A program made the translations under genes and the position numbers. Positions 1 to 9,415 of a DNA stretch of 40,546 nucleotides are shown here, one piece after another; positions within the stretch are counted from its first letter, which is position 1; each line of letters starts with the position of its first letter. Source of the stretch: an uncultured bacterium. Its GTDB lineage: Bacteria; Acidobacteriota; Polarisedimenticolia; CBDVAL01. The notes beneath the pieces are model-generated. The model searched no databases and was not told the DNA's origin. It worked only from the letters and a program-made list of their open reading frames with translations. The stretch spans positions 1 to 40,546 of the forward strand of contig CBDVAL010000003.1 in the NCBI GenBank assembly GCA_965371955.1. Direction: 5' to 3'.

Positions 1-547
1 AGATGAGCATGTCCATGTCCTCGGGTTCGTCCTTTGGGGGCCCGGTGCGCACCTTGGCCGTGGCTTCATCCAGCGGCATCTCCAACACCTCCGTTCCCGT
101 CAACTCCGGGTCGTTGGGCCGGCGCGCGTCCTGCGTGCGTCCAGGCACCAGGTGCTCCACCAGCTCATCCAGAGCGCGACGCTTCTCCGCCTCGCCGACG
201 ATCCGCCGCGCCGTCCCGAAGGCCACCACAGAACGGTAGTTCATGGAATGATGGAATGCCGAGCGTGCCAGCACCAGGCCGTCCAGGAGCGTCACGGTGA
301 CGCACGCCGGGATTCCGTCGCCCAGTTGCCGCATCAGGCGGCTGCCCACCGAACCGTGCAGCAGCAACGAATCACCCCGGCGGGCGTACGCCATGGGAAT
401 GACGAACGGCTGTCCCTCCGTCTGGAAGCCCACGTGGGCGATGAGACCCTCGTCCAGGATGCGCGCGATGATCTCCTTCTCGTGCGTACCGCGCTCGCGC
501 ACGCGCTTGACCTGGCTTCGTGGTGTCCTGGAGAAGCTCGACGACAT
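1..547 (-). CDS. Pyridoxamine 5'-phosphate oxidase-like / flavin-nucleotide-binding protein (3' end outside window)
   Basis: Not in the ORF track because it runs off the edge. Manual translation from ATG 547: MSSSFSRTPRSQVKRVRERGTHEKEIIARILDEGLIAHVGF...LLLHGSVGSRLM...VTVTLLDGLVLARSAFHHSMNYRSVVAFG, the typical family motif. AAGGAG RBS upstream. Confidence 0.9.
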   Translation of the reverse strand, partial: MSSSFSRTPRSQVKRVRERGTHEKEIIARILDEGLIAHVGFQTEGQPFVIPMAYARRGDSLLLHGSVGSRLMRQLGDGIPACVTVTLLDGLVLARSAFHHSMNYRSVVAFGTARRIVGEAEKRRALDELVEHLVPGRTQDARRPNDPELTGTEVLEMPLDEATAKVRTGPPKDEPEDMDMLI

Positions 548-551
548 GGTG

Positions 552-1769
552 TTACTCCTTGACGCTTCCGATGGCGCGCTGATGCTTACCGGCGGCCGCC
601 AGCGCGAGCCGCAGATCTTTCCTTAGATCGTCCACATCCTCGATCCCCGCGGAAAGGCGCACCAGCCCGGGCTCGATCCCGGTGTGCGCCGCGGCTTCTC
701 CCAGCTCCTCCTCGTTGAAGTCCAGCTCGTACGGAATCTCGGTTGTGGTCTCGATGCCACCCAGGCTGGTGGCGATGGGGATGAACTCCAGCGCGTTGAC
801 GAAGGCGCGGGCGGGCTCGATGCCGCCCCGTACCTCGAACGACAGCACGCCGCCACCGCCGCGCATCTGGCGCGACGCCACCTCGCGATAGGGAGAGCTG
901 TCCAGCAGCGGGTAGTGTACCCGGGCGATCTCCTCGTGCTCCTCCAGGAACCGCGCCAGTTCCAGCGCGATGTCGCACTGCCGCTGCACCCGGACGGCCA
1001 GCGTGCCCATGCCGCGCAGCAGCAGCCAGGCTGCCTGGGGATCCAGCACTCCGCCCAGGTGGATCTGTATCTCGCGGATCTCCTTGATCAGGGACGTGTC
1101 TCCGGCGGCGGCACCGCAAAGGACGTCCGAGTGGCCGCCCAGGTACTTGGTCCCCGAGTGCAGGACCAACGTGGCTCCCAGCGCCAGGGGGTTCTGCAAA
1201 TAGGGGCTGGCGAACGTACCATCCACGAACAGTTGCAGCCCCTTCTCCCGGGCGATGGCGCCGATGACCTCGATATCGATGATCTTGAGCAGCGGATTGG
1301 ACGGCGTCTCGATGTAGATCAGGCGCGTCTCCGGCCGCAGCGCGGCGCGCACGTTGTCCGGATCGGTGGCGTCGACGAAGTCGGTCTCGATGCCGAAGGA
1401 GCGCGCCATCTTGTCCAGGACGGTGAACGTCTGGGCGAAGATCTCGCGCTGCGACACCACATGGTCACCCGGCTTGAGCGCGGCAAACAACGAGCTGGAG
1501 ATGGCCGCCATTCCCGACGAGAACACCAGAGCGGACTCCGCCCCTTCCAGCAGTGCGAGCTTGTCCGCCGCAGCGTTCTGCGTGGGGTTCCCGAAGCGGG
1601 TGTAGACCTTCTCGTCCCGGGCGAAGTAGCGCCGTCCCAGTTTCTGGCTGGTCTCCACCTCGAAGTTGGTGGAGCGCACGATGGGGGTGCTCAGCGGTCG
1701 TCCGTCCTGTCTGCCATCCAGATGGGCCTTGGCGGCGCGGCTATGGAATCCCGGCGACTCATGTCTCAT
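552..1769 (-). CDS. Cys/Met metabolism PLP-dependent enzyme (cystathionine gamma-synthase/gamma-lyase/methionine gamma-lyase family)
   Basis: 405 aa with YTRFGNPT, FSSGMAAI, ETPSNP, the PLP-lysine motif HSGTKYLGGHSD, ATSLGG and VRLSAGIED. Confidence 0.92.
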   Translation of the reverse strand: MRHESPGFHSRAAKAHLDGRQDGRPLSTPIVRSTNFEVETSQKLGRRYFARDEKVYTRFGNPTQNAAADKLALLEGAESALVFSSGMAAISSSLFAALKPGDHVVSQREIFAQTFTVLDKMARSFGIETDFVDATDPDNVRAALRPETRLIYIETPSNPLLKIIDIEVIGAIAREKGLQLFVDGTFASPYLQNPLALGATLVLHSGTKYLGGHSDVLCGAAAGDTSLIKEIREIQIHLGGVLDPQAAWLLLRGMGTLAVRVQRQCDIALELARFLEEHEEIARVHYPLLDSSPYREVASRQMRGGGGVLSFEVRGGIEPARAFVNALEFIPIATSLGGIETTTEIPYELDFNEEELGEAAAHTGIEPGLVRLSAGIEDVDDLRKDLRLALAAAGKHQRAIGSVKE

Positions 1770-1795
1770 TTGGATGTCTCCCCGCTATTGAATCC

Positions 1796-1873
1796 ATACA
1801 ATTATTCCATAACGCTTGATTGTATCCATGTAGATCCGTATCATTGACACCCATGACTGTCAAGCTATAGGAT
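1796..1873. promoter_or_regulatory. Divergent control region with inverted repeats (candidate MocR operator) and a sigma70-like promoter
   Basis: AT-rich spacer. ATACAAT(1796-1802)-N16-ATTGTAT(1819-1825); TTGACA(1844-1849)-N8-TGTCAA(1858-1863); TTGACA is followed 18 nt later by TAGGAT (1868-1873). Confidence 0.55.
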
Positions 1874-3278
1874 GATTGTCACCATGGATGCCTGGCACCC
1901 CGACCTCACCCACAAGCACGGCCCACGCTATCGGGCCATTGCCGACGCCCTGTCGGACGACCTCGAGAGCGGACGGCTGCAGCCCGGCGTCCGGCTGCCG
2001 ACGCACCGCGAACTGGCCCGCACCCTGGGTGTCACCGTGGGCACGGTGAGCCGGGCCTACGCCGAGGCCGAGCGCCGCGGTCTGGTACAGGGTGAGGTCG
2101 GGCGGGGGACGTTCATCCGGGGTGGCGAGGACGCCGCGGCGTCGTTCTTCCAGGCGCATGCCGAGACGGGTATCATCGATCTCAGCCAGAGCATCCCCGC
2201 CGTGGCCGCCGCCGAAGCGGAGCATCACCTGCTCTCGCAGGCGTTCCGCTCGCTGGGTCGGCATGGCGACCTGGGCGATCTGGTGGGGTTCCCGCCGCCG
2301 GCGGGCGCGCGCCGGCACCGGGAGTCCGGTGCGCGATGTCTGGCCGGCCTCGGACTCGACGTTTCCCCCGCACGGGTCCTCGTGACGGCAGGGGGCCAGC
2401 ACGCTATGGTGGTCACCCTGGCCCACCTGACCCGGCCGGGCGACGTGGTGGTCACCGAGCAGTTCACCTACCCGGGCATGAAGGGCTTGGCCAATCTGTT
2501 GAACCTGCGGCTCAAGGGGCTGCCCATGGATGAGTCCGGGCTGCTGCCGGGGGCCTTCGAGGAAGCCTGCAAGGAAGAGGAGGTCCGCGCCCTCTACGTC
2601 ATCGCCACACTGCAGAATCCTACCTCCGCCGTGCTGCCGGAGAAGCGTCGGAGGGAGATCGCGCGCATCGCGCAGGAACACAAGGTGGCCATCCTGGAGG
2701 ACGACGTCTACGGCTTCTTGGACGAGCAGCATCTCACCCCCATCTCCGCGCTGGCTCCGGAGTTCGGCTACTTCTTCACCAGCACGGCGAAGGTCATCGC
2801 CCCCGGGCTGCGCGTGGGCTACCTGGCCGCCCCGGAGGAGATGGTGGACCGGCTGGCCGCCGGAATCTGGGCCACCACCGGGATGGCGTCACCGCCCATG
2901 GCGGAGATAGTGACGACCTGGGTGGACAGCGGAGAGCTGGAAAAGTTCGTCGGGTGGCGCCGCGAAGCCGCGCAGCTGCGCAATGAGTTGGCGCGCAGCA
3001 TCCTGCCGGCAGACGGCTTGCTCAGCCATCCCTTCGGGTTCCATGTCTGGCTTCCGCTTCCCGACCCATGGCGCAGCGAGGACTTCGTCGTCCATGCTCA
3101 TCGCCGGGGAGTGGCGGTGACCTCCGCGGAGGTGTTCGTGGTGGGCCGTCAGGATGCGCCCCATGCGGTGCGCGTCAGCCTCATGCCGGTGGCCGACCCC
3201 GGCCGTCTCGAGGGCGCGCTGCGCATCCTCACCGAGATCCTGGAAGAGCCCCCGGAGCCGGGGCTCGTGGTGGTGTGA
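1872..3278 (+). CDS. MocR-subfamily GntR transcriptional regulator (wHTH + PLP aminotransferase domain)
   Basis: N-terminal RYRAIADAL...LQPGVRLPTHRELARTLGVTVGTVSRAYAEAERRG...GRGTFI; AAT domain with LQNPT, ILEDDVYG and STAKVIAPGLRVG. Start may be ATG 1884. Confidence 0.95.
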   Translation: MIVTMDAWHPDLTHKHGPRYRAIADALSDDLESGRLQPGVRLPTHRELARTLGVTVGTVSRAYAEAERRGLVQGEVGRGTFIRGGEDAAASFFQAHAETGIIDLSQSIPAVAAAEAEHHLLSQAFRSLGRHGDLGDLVGFPPPAGARRHRESGARCLAGLGLDVSPARVLVTAGGQHAMVVTLAHLTRPGDVVVTEQFTYPGMKGLANLLNLRLKGLPMDESGLLPGAFEEACKEEEVRALYVIATLQNPTSAVLPEKRRREIARIAQEHKVAILEDDVYGFLDEQHLTPISALAPEFGYFFTSTAKVIAPGLRVGYLAAPEEMVDRLAAGIWATTGMASPPMAEIVTTWVDSGELEKFVGWRREAAQLRNELARSILPADGLLSHPFGFHVWLPLPDPWRSEDFVVHAHRRGVAVTSAEVFVVGRQDAPHAVRVSLMPVADPGRLEGALRILTEILEEPPEPGLVVV

Positions 3279-3281
3279 ACC

Positions 3282-3917
3282 GTGATCGATTCGTCGGCAC
3301 TGGCGCTGTTCATGCTCTCGGCCTTGATCCTCCTGGTAGTTCCTGGCCCGGCAGTGATGTACATCGTTGCGCGGAGCGTGGAGCAAGGTCGCCGGGCCGG
3401 ATTGATCTCCACGCTGGGGATCGGCGTGGGTACGCTATTCCATGTGGTGGCAGCGTGTATGGGAGTCTCCGCCCTCCTGCTGTCATCGGCGCTTGCCTTC
3501 CGTACGTTGCAGTACGCAGGAGCCGCGTACCTGATCTATCTCGGCTTGCGCACGCTAGTGAAGCGCGAGTCGGAAACAGGATCACGCCAGGTGAAGGATC
3601 CATCGCTGTCGCGCATCTTCCGCCAGGGCATGCTGGTCAATATCCTGAACCCCAAGACGGCACTGTTCTTCTTTGCCTTCCTTCCACAGTTCGTAGATCC
3701 GGCTGCGGGCAGCGTGCCGCTGCAGATCTTTCTGCTGGGCTCGCTGTTTGTCCTCCTGGCGATGATCACCGATGGTGCGTACGCGCTGCTTGCAGGAACG
3801 GCGGGCAACTGGCTGCGCCGCCACCAGCGCTTCCAGCGTGCGCAGCGCTATGTGTCGGGCGGGATGTACGTGGCTCTCGGGGTGGCAGCGGCGGCCTCCG
3901 GTACCGGCAGGGAGTAG
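3282..3917 (+). CDS. LysE/RhtB family amino-acid exporter
   Basis: PGPAVMYIVARS...GRRAG, GAAYLIYLG, NILNPKTALFFFAFLPQF; hydrophobic. Confidence 0.93.
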   Translation: MIDSSALALFMLSALILLVVPGPAVMYIVARSVEQGRRAGLISTLGIGVGTLFHVVAACMGVSALLLSSALAFRTLQYAGAAYLIYLGLRTLVKRESETGSRQVKDPSLSRIFRQGMLVNILNPKTALFFFAFLPQFVDPAAGSVPLQIFLLGSLFVLLAMITDGAYALLAGTAGNWLRRHQRFQRAQRYVSGGMYVALGVAAAASGTGRE

Positions 3918-3920
3918 CCG

Positions 3921-5234
3921 ATGCATAGGTTGCGCGGTTTCCGGTCTGTCTTGTTGATGATGGTGATGGTTCTTGCCGGCTGTGCGGCGCAGAATGGCGG
4001 TAGCGGGAAGGAGCACGAGGGGGCGTCGATGAACGAAGCGGCCGAGGAATACGTGAAGCTCGTGCTGGCCGTGGGCCGGCATGACGGGGACTACGTGGAC
4101 GCGTACTACGGTCCGGCCGAATGGCGAACGGAAGTGGATGCAAGCCCGGTCACGAAGGAGGCGATCCTGGAGAAGGCGCGGGCAGTGCGAGGTCGCGTCG
4201 AGAACATACCGATGCCGGAAGACGAGATGTCACGCCTGCGTCGAGAGTACCTCCTCACGCAACTCGGTGCGCTCATCGCCCGCGTGGAACTCCTGGGGGA
4301 TGTTCGCATGAGCTTCGACGAGGAGTCGAAGGCGCTGTACGACACCGTGGCGCCTCACAACCCGGACGAGCACTTCCAGCAGATCCTCGATGAGCTGGAC
4401 CCGCTGCTCCCCGGCAGCGGAGCGTTGATCGAGCGCTACAAGAAGTTCAAGGAAGACTTCGTCATCCCGCGGGACAAGCTGGATGCTGTGTTCCAGGCGG
4501 CCATCACGGCCTGCCGCGAGCGCACCAGCCGCTTTCTGAAGCTTCCCCCGGACGAGAGCTTCGAGGTGGAGTACGTCAGCGACAAGTCGTGGAGCGCATA
4601 TAATTGGTACAAGGGCGGCTACCACAGTCTCATCCAGGTCAATACCGATCTTCCCATCCACATTGATCGGGCCATCGACCTGGCCTGCCACGAGGGCTAC
4701 CCCGGGCACCACGTCTACAATACGCTGCTCGAGAAGCATCTGGTGCGCGACAGGGACTGGGTGGAGTTCTCGGTCTATCCGCTGTTCAGCCCACAGTCGC
4801 TGATTGCCGAGGGGACCGCCAACTATGGCATCAAGGTGGCCTTCCCGGGCGAGGAACGGGTTCGTTTCGAGAAGGAACAGCTCTACCCGCTGGCCGGCCT
4901 GGACCCTGCGAAGGCGGCGGTCTACGATAGGGTGCAGAGCCTGGTGCAGAAGCTGAACTACGCCGGCAACGAGGCCGCCCGCAGGTATCTGGACGGGGAG
5001 ATCGATGCGTCGGAGGCGGCCGCCCGCCTGGGCCGCTATGCGCTGATGGCGCCCGATCGCGCAGCGCAACGCGTGCGCTTCATCGACCAGTACCGTAGCT
5101 ACGTGATCAACTACAACCTGGGTCAGGACCTGGTGAAGCAGTACATCGAGTCCCGCAGTGATTCGCCGGAACAGCGCTGGGAGGAATTCGCTCGGCTGCT
5201 GTCCTCGCCACGCCTTCCTTCCGGACTGCAGTAG
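3921..5234 (+). CDS. Lipoprotein, DUF885-like putative metallopeptidase fold
   Basis: Lipobox VLAGC; HEGYPGHH motif followed by the EG motif (IAEGTANY); YVINYNLG near the C-terminus. Confidence 0.7.
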   Translation: MHRLRGFRSVLLMMVMVLAGCAAQNGGSGKEHEGASMNEAAEEYVKLVLAVGRHDGDYVDAYYGPAEWRTEVDASPVTKEAILEKARAVRGRVENIPMPEDEMSRLRREYLLTQLGALIARVELLGDVRMSFDEESKALYDTVAPHNPDEHFQQILDELDPLLPGSGALIERYKKFKEDFVIPRDKLDAVFQAAITACRERTSRFLKLPPDESFEVEYVSDKSWSAYNWYKGGYHSLIQVNTDLPIHIDRAIDLACHEGYPGHHVYNTLLEKHLVRDRDWVEFSVYPLFSPQSLIAEGTANYGIKVAFPGEERVRFEKEQLYPLAGLDPAKAAVYDRVQSLVQKLNYAGNEAARRYLDGEIDASEAAARLGRYALMAPDRAAQRVRFIDQYRSYVINYNLGQDLVKQYIESRSDSPEQRWEEFARLLSSPRLPSGLQ

Positions 5235-5242
5235 CCGCGGCG

Positions 5243-6334
5243 CTAATCGTCCTGCACCTTGACGTCGATGGAGAAGCAGCCGCGGCCGGCAGCGTGCTCC
5301 CAGAACCTCGACGTACTCCCGAAGCGGCCGTAGGTCGGTGGCGATTTGTCCGCGTCGGAGGCTACTGCAAAGACGGCGCAGAGTTCGTAGCTACGGGCGC
5401 CTGTGACTTGGTACTCGTACGGTGCTAGTGTCCCGGGGTCCCGGATGGAAGGCACCGCGTACCCCCGAGTTCTCGACAACGTCTGCAAATCGTCGGGAAG
5501 CTCATCGAATTCGTTCCAGTAACGGTCGACGGCCACGGAGATCCCGCTGAGGTGGCTGGCCCGCTCCCTGTCGAGTTGGATGCCGCGGGCGCGCCCCGGA
5601 GAACCGGCGAGGAACAGGCCACCGACAACGGCAGCGAGCACGGCCACCGTGACACCGCTGGCGAAGATGCGCAACCCCGCATGCCTCAGCGGCACGTCCT
5701 CTGGCCTGCGATCGTCCTGGCGTAGGTCCCAGAAGTAGTATCCGAACACCGAGCCCGCAATGGCGCCCGCGGTCAGGATCTTCAGAAGGAAGCGCGCCGT
5801 CAGCTCTCCCTCAAGCAGCTGGAAGACCAGCGTGATCAGGTCACCCAGCAACACGCTCGCTGCCACGAACAGCGTGAGATAGGTGAGCCATTTCCGCACC
5901 TTGGACTTGCGCCTGTCGGGTTCGTGGCGCGCCGACCGCAAGACCTGGCGTGACAACAGGAGGTAGCCGGGAAAGGCGATCAAGAGCATGGCCACGGCCC
6001 AGCGCACCGCCTTGAGCGCGAAGTCTGCACGATAGCCCGTCCGCGCGGCGTCGGGAAAGGCGCGATGGATGAACTGAAACAGCAACGAGCCCAGGCTCCA
6101 CGCGCTGAGGTACAGGAGCGTGAAGAGCACCAGGTAGACAAACGCCTCGCGCGCGGAAGCGTAGAGCTTTGGTCGTGGAACGGGAATTGGGAAATCGATG
6201 TCCGCGTATGAATCGAGGGCGCTACGGACTTCATCCTGCGGCCAGCGGGCCTCGAGTAACGTGGCTTCGATCTTCTTCTTCGGGATCCCCTTGCTCAGCG
6301 CTTCGCCAATGAACTGCCGTAGAGTCTCGTCCAC
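5243..6334 (-). CDS. DUF5671-like multi-pass membrane protein with C-terminal extracytoplasmic domain
   Basis: SAREAFVYLVLF...RKWLTYLTLFVAA...GDLITLVFQLLEGELTARFLLK; C-terminal RDP...YEY...YELCAVF. Confidence 0.7.
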   Translation of the reverse strand: MDETLRQFIGEALSKGIPKKKIEATLLEARWPQDEVRSALDSYADIDFPIPVPRPKLYASAREAFVYLVLFTLLYLSAWSLGSLLFQFIHRAFPDAARTGYRADFALKAVRWAVAMLLIAFPGYLLLSRQVLRSARHEPDRRKSKVRKWLTYLTLFVAASVLLGDLITLVFQLLEGELTARFLLKILTAGAIAGSVFGYYFWDLRQDDRRPEDVPLRHAGLRIFASGVTVAVLAAVVGGLFLAGSPGRARGIQLDRERASHLSGISVAVDRYWNEFDELPDDLQTLSRTRGYAVPSIRDPGTLAPYEYQVTGARSYELCAVFAVASDADKSPPTYGRFGSTSRFWEHAAGRGCFSIDVKVQDD

Positions 6335-6410
6335 ATTGCACCCCTCGATCGATCCTATCAGCTTTCCGGCGGAGGTTGCCGGGGGAAGAGGTCATGAGAC
6401 CGCGTCTAGA

Positions 6411-7631
6411 CTAGGCGGCAGCGCCCTCGGCGCGGGCGCGGACCAGCCTGCGGATGGCCCAGATCCCCGCGGCAGGACCCAGCGCCAGGACGGCGAAGGC
6501 CCAGCGCCACCCCTGGGCGTCGGCCATCACCGGGATCAGCTGGATGGTCACCATGGTGAGCAGGAAGCCCAGGGAGGTCTGCAGCGTGAGCGCGGTTCCC
6601 ACAGCGTGACTCGGTGCGACCTCGGTCACCAGCGTGCTGAATTGCGCCGAGTCCGCAACCACGAAGAAGCCCCAGGTCCATGCGAGAACTCCGACAATCC
6701 ATGGATTCATGCCGTAGGCGAACCCGATGAGGATAGCGCACAGCCCGCTGGCAGCCATGGCACGGTTGACCAGGCGTTCTCTTCCGATGCGATCCGCCGC
6801 CCATCCTCCCCACAAGCAGCCGAGCCCCCCGGCCGCGATGGCACCGAAAGCCAGCAGGTGCGCCGCCCAGTGGGGTAAAGCGGCATGGCCGGCCTCGGTC
6901 CAGTCGGTGAGGCTGGCGGCCAGGAACACAGGGACCCAGGTCCACATGGCATAGAGCTCCCACATGTGTCCCAGGTAGCCGCCGATGGCCAGCCGCGTCT
7001 GCCGGTGACGGACGGCGATCCCGGCCAGCCGCCACGAGAACGGACGGCGCTCGAACGGGTACGGACCATCATCATAGAGGAGCGCGACCAGGATCCCGCC
7101 GAGCAGGGCGGCCGCCGAGGCAGCGAGGACCACCGCCCGGAAGCCTGCTCCCTCGAGGGCACGAAGGAGGTACGGCGTGGCCTTCCCCAGGGTGAGAGCT
7201 CCGATGAGGATGCCGATGGCCAGGCCCCGGGCGGAACGAAACCAGGTGGCCACCATCTTCATGGCGGGAGGATACACTCCGGCAAGAAAGACCCCGGTGA
7301 GAAAGCGAAACACCAGAGCCGTGGAGTATCCGGGAGACACGACCAGGCCGGCGTTGGCCAGAGCGGCCAGGAGGGCGGAGGCGGCGAAGTACCAGCGCGC
7401 CGGCAGCACATCAGCCAGGTTGAGCATCGCGGCGATTGCGGTTCCGGCCACGAAGCCCAGTTGCACCGATGTGGTGAGCCAGCCGGCCTGGGAGGCATCC
7501 AGATTCCATAGAGCCTGGAGCTGCGGCGACACCGAACTGGCGGAGAACCACACCGACATCCCCAGAAGCTCTGCCAGGGAGAGGACCGTCAAGGTTCTCC
7601 AGGCGCGGTGTTGCTCTAGCGTGGGGGGCAT
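6411..7631 (-). CDS. MFS transporter
   Basis: 3' part of ORF 6411..8786. Real start assigned to ATG 7631 (MPPTLEQHRAWRTLTVLSLAELLGMSVWFSAS). About 12 TM segments; VYPPAMK, GYLGHMWELYAMW, GGWAADRIGR. Confidence 0.9.
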   Translation of the reverse strand: MPPTLEQHRAWRTLTVLSLAELLGMSVWFSASSVSPQLQALWNLDASQAGWLTTSVQLGFVAGTAIAAMLNLADVLPARWYFAASALLAALANAGLVVSPGYSTALVFRFLTGVFLAGVYPPAMKMVATWFRSARGLAIGILIGALTLGKATPYLLRALEGAGFRAVVLAASAAALLGGILVALLYDDGPYPFERRPFSWRLAGIAVRHRQTRLAIGGYLGHMWELYAMWTWVPVFLAASLTDWTEAGHAALPHWAAHLLAFGAIAAGGLGCLWGGWAADRIGRERLVNRAMAASGLCAILIGFAYGMNPWIVGVLAWTWGFFVVADSAQFSTLVTEVAPSHAVGTALTLQTSLGFLLTMVTIQLIPVMADAQGWRWAFAVLALGPAAGIWAIRRLVRARAEGAAA

Positions 7632-8110
7632 TCCACGCCCAGTTCCTCGACGATCGCGGCGCCCAGTTTCGTGAAGATCTCCGGCGAGATCTGGATCTTG
7701 AGATGGCGCCCGCCGCCGCCCAGGATGACCCAGTCCAGCGCCGCGACACGGGAGTCCACATACAGGGGAAGATCCGGCGGAAGAGCCAGAGGGGTCACGC
7801 CGCCCACCAGCATGCCGGTCAGCTGCATCATCTCCTCGGCGGTGGCGAAGGAAGCCTTGGACACACCCAGGAGCTTCTTGACCCGATGGTTCACGTCGAG
7901 CCGCGACGTGGCCAGGACCACGCAGGTGCAGTACTTCCGGGGCTCCTTCTTGGATGCCACGATGATGGTGTTGGCGGATTTCTCCGGCGGGTAGTCGTAC
8001 TTCTCGCAGAACGCCGCGGTATCGGCGAATTCCGGGTCGATCTCGATGACCTGGTAGGGCAGGCCGAGATCCTCCAGGGCGGCCAGCACCTTGCCGTCGA
8101 TGCCGGGCAT
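7616..8110 (-). CDS. YbaK/EbsC (aminoacyl-tRNA deacylase-like) family protein
   Basis: DTAAFCEKY...SANTIIV, ASFATAEE...TGMLVGGVTP, ILGGGGRHLK. Confidence 0.88.
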   Translation of the reverse strand: MPGIDGKVLAALEDLGLPYQVIEIDPEFADTAAFCEKYDYPPEKSANTIIVASKKEPRKYCTCVVLATSRLDVNHRVKKLLGVSKASFATAEEMMQLTGMLVGGVTPLALPPDLPLYVDSRVAALDWVILGGGGRHLKIQISPEIFTKLGAAIVEELGVECPPR

Positions 8111-9288
8111 CAGACGCTGACTTCCCGGGCTTCTTGCGTGGCGGAGGTTCCGGCCAGAACCTTGTAGTACGCCTCCAGCGTCCCCTCCACCATGCGATCC
8201 TGCGTGAACGCGCGCACCACCTCCTGCCCCAGGGCGCCCATGGAGCGGCCGTGATCCGGAAGCCGCAGGATCTTCTCCATGGCGTCGGCCAGGGCGTCGG
8301 CGTCACGCGGCGGGACCAGCAGTCCGGTCTCTCCGTCCCGCACGATCTCGGCGGCGCCGCCCACCGTGGTGGCCACCGCAGGCCGCCCCACGGCCATGGC
8401 CTCCTTGAGCGCCGCAGAGGAGGCGTCGCAGTCGATCGAGGGAAGGACCAGCAGATCGAGGGCGGCGATGACCTCGGGCATGTCATTGCGGAAGCCCAGG
8501 AACTGTACCTGCTCGCCGATGCCGAGCTCCACCGCGGCGTGCTTGAGCATGGGCTCGTCGTCGCCCGTGCCGGCGAACACAAAACGCGCCCGCGGCACCC
8601 TGGCCACCAGCTGGGCCGCGGCGCGCAGGAAATAGATGCCGCCCTTGTCCGGAACCAGCCTGCCGATGAGCCCCACGACCAGCGAGGTGCCGCCGTCACC
8701 GGCGCAGATCTCACGGCGCACGGCGCTACCATCGACGCCGCCATGGAAGCGGTCCTCCCAGTAGGAGGAGTGCACCACCGAGACACGGTCCGGCGTGATG
8801 TCGCCGCGCTCCAGGTACGGTTTGTAGCGCTCCAGGACCGTGGCGCTGGCCACGATGAGATGGTCGATCATGCGGCGGTAGATGAGCCGGTTAGGGAAAT
8901 GATCCTTGAGCCGCTTGGTGTTGTGCCGGGTGAACACCATGGGCAGGTTCCAGCGGCCCGCGCTGCGCGCGAACGTGGCCACCCATAGATCCTGGGAGCC
9001 GTGCGCGTCGATGAGGTCAAACGTCCGTTTCCGCAGGTACCCACCCAGGATCACGGCGTCGCGGCACACCTTGGGAAAGCGCTTCATCTTCGGGAAGCTG
9101 CACTTCTCGAAGGTCTCCAGTCCCAACTCCCGGGCCCGGCGGGAGAGGATGGAGCCGGCGGGCGTCCCCACCACGACCTGATGTCCGCGGCGCGCCTGGC
9201 CGAGGCAGGTCATCAGGATGCGGGCGGGCTGACCGCCCCAGCCGAGATGGAAGTTTGTGTGAAGGATGGAAAGAGGTCGTTGTTCCAT
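8110..9288 (-). CDS. Glycosyltransferase family 4 (GT-B)
   Basis: GWGGQPARI, IGRLVPDKG, FLGFRNDMPEV, EAMAVGRPAVAT..GGAAEIVRDGETG. Start moved to ATG 9288 (MEQRPLSILH), downstream of the promoter at 9316-9345. Confidence 0.92.
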   Translation of the reverse strand: MEQRPLSILHTNFHLGWGGQPARILMTCLGQARRGHQVVVGTPAGSILSRRARELGLETFEKCSFPKMKRFPKVCRDAVILGGYLRKRTFDLIDAHGSQDLWVATFARSAGRWNLPMVFTRHNTKRLKDHFPNRLIYRRMIDHLIVASATVLERYKPYLERGDITPDRVSVVHSSYWEDRFHGGVDGSAVRREICAGDGGTSLVVGLIGRLVPDKGGIYFLRAAAQLVARVPRARFVFAGTGDDEPMLKHAAVELGIGEQVQFLGFRNDMPEVIAALDLLVLPSIDCDASSAALKEAMAVGRPAVATTVGGAAEIVRDGETGLLVPPRDADALADAMEKILRLPDHGRSMGALGQEVVRAFTQDRMVEGTLEAYYKVLAGTSATQEAREVSV

Positions 9289-9315
9289 GGGAATCAAATC
9301 CGGAAGTGCCGTCCC

Positions 9316-9345
9316 ATCATAGTTTTGCGGCGACCGGGGTGTCAA
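9316..9345 (-). promoter_or_regulatory. sigma70-type promoter for GT4-YbaK-MFS
   Basis: Minus strand TTGACA(9345-9340)-N18-TATGAT(9321-9316). Confidence 0.65.
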
Positions 9346-9370
9346 TCGACGGAATGGCGGAGGGGGTAGG

Positions 9371-9415
9371 AAAAATGCCGGATGCGGAAGGAGGAGGTCT
9401 GAATCCACACCCGGC
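9371..9415 (-). terminator. Intrinsic terminator-like hairpin closing the putative sRNA
   Basis: Minus strand GCCGGGUGUGGA / 15-nt loop / UCCGCAUCCGGC (12 bp including G-U pairs), followed by AUUUUU. Confidence 0.65.

Noticed and set aside
6411-8786. 791-aa ORF suggesting a large MFS fusion
   Set aside because: The N-terminal half is out-of-frame read-through over the GT4 and YbaK genes; the MFS starts near 7631.
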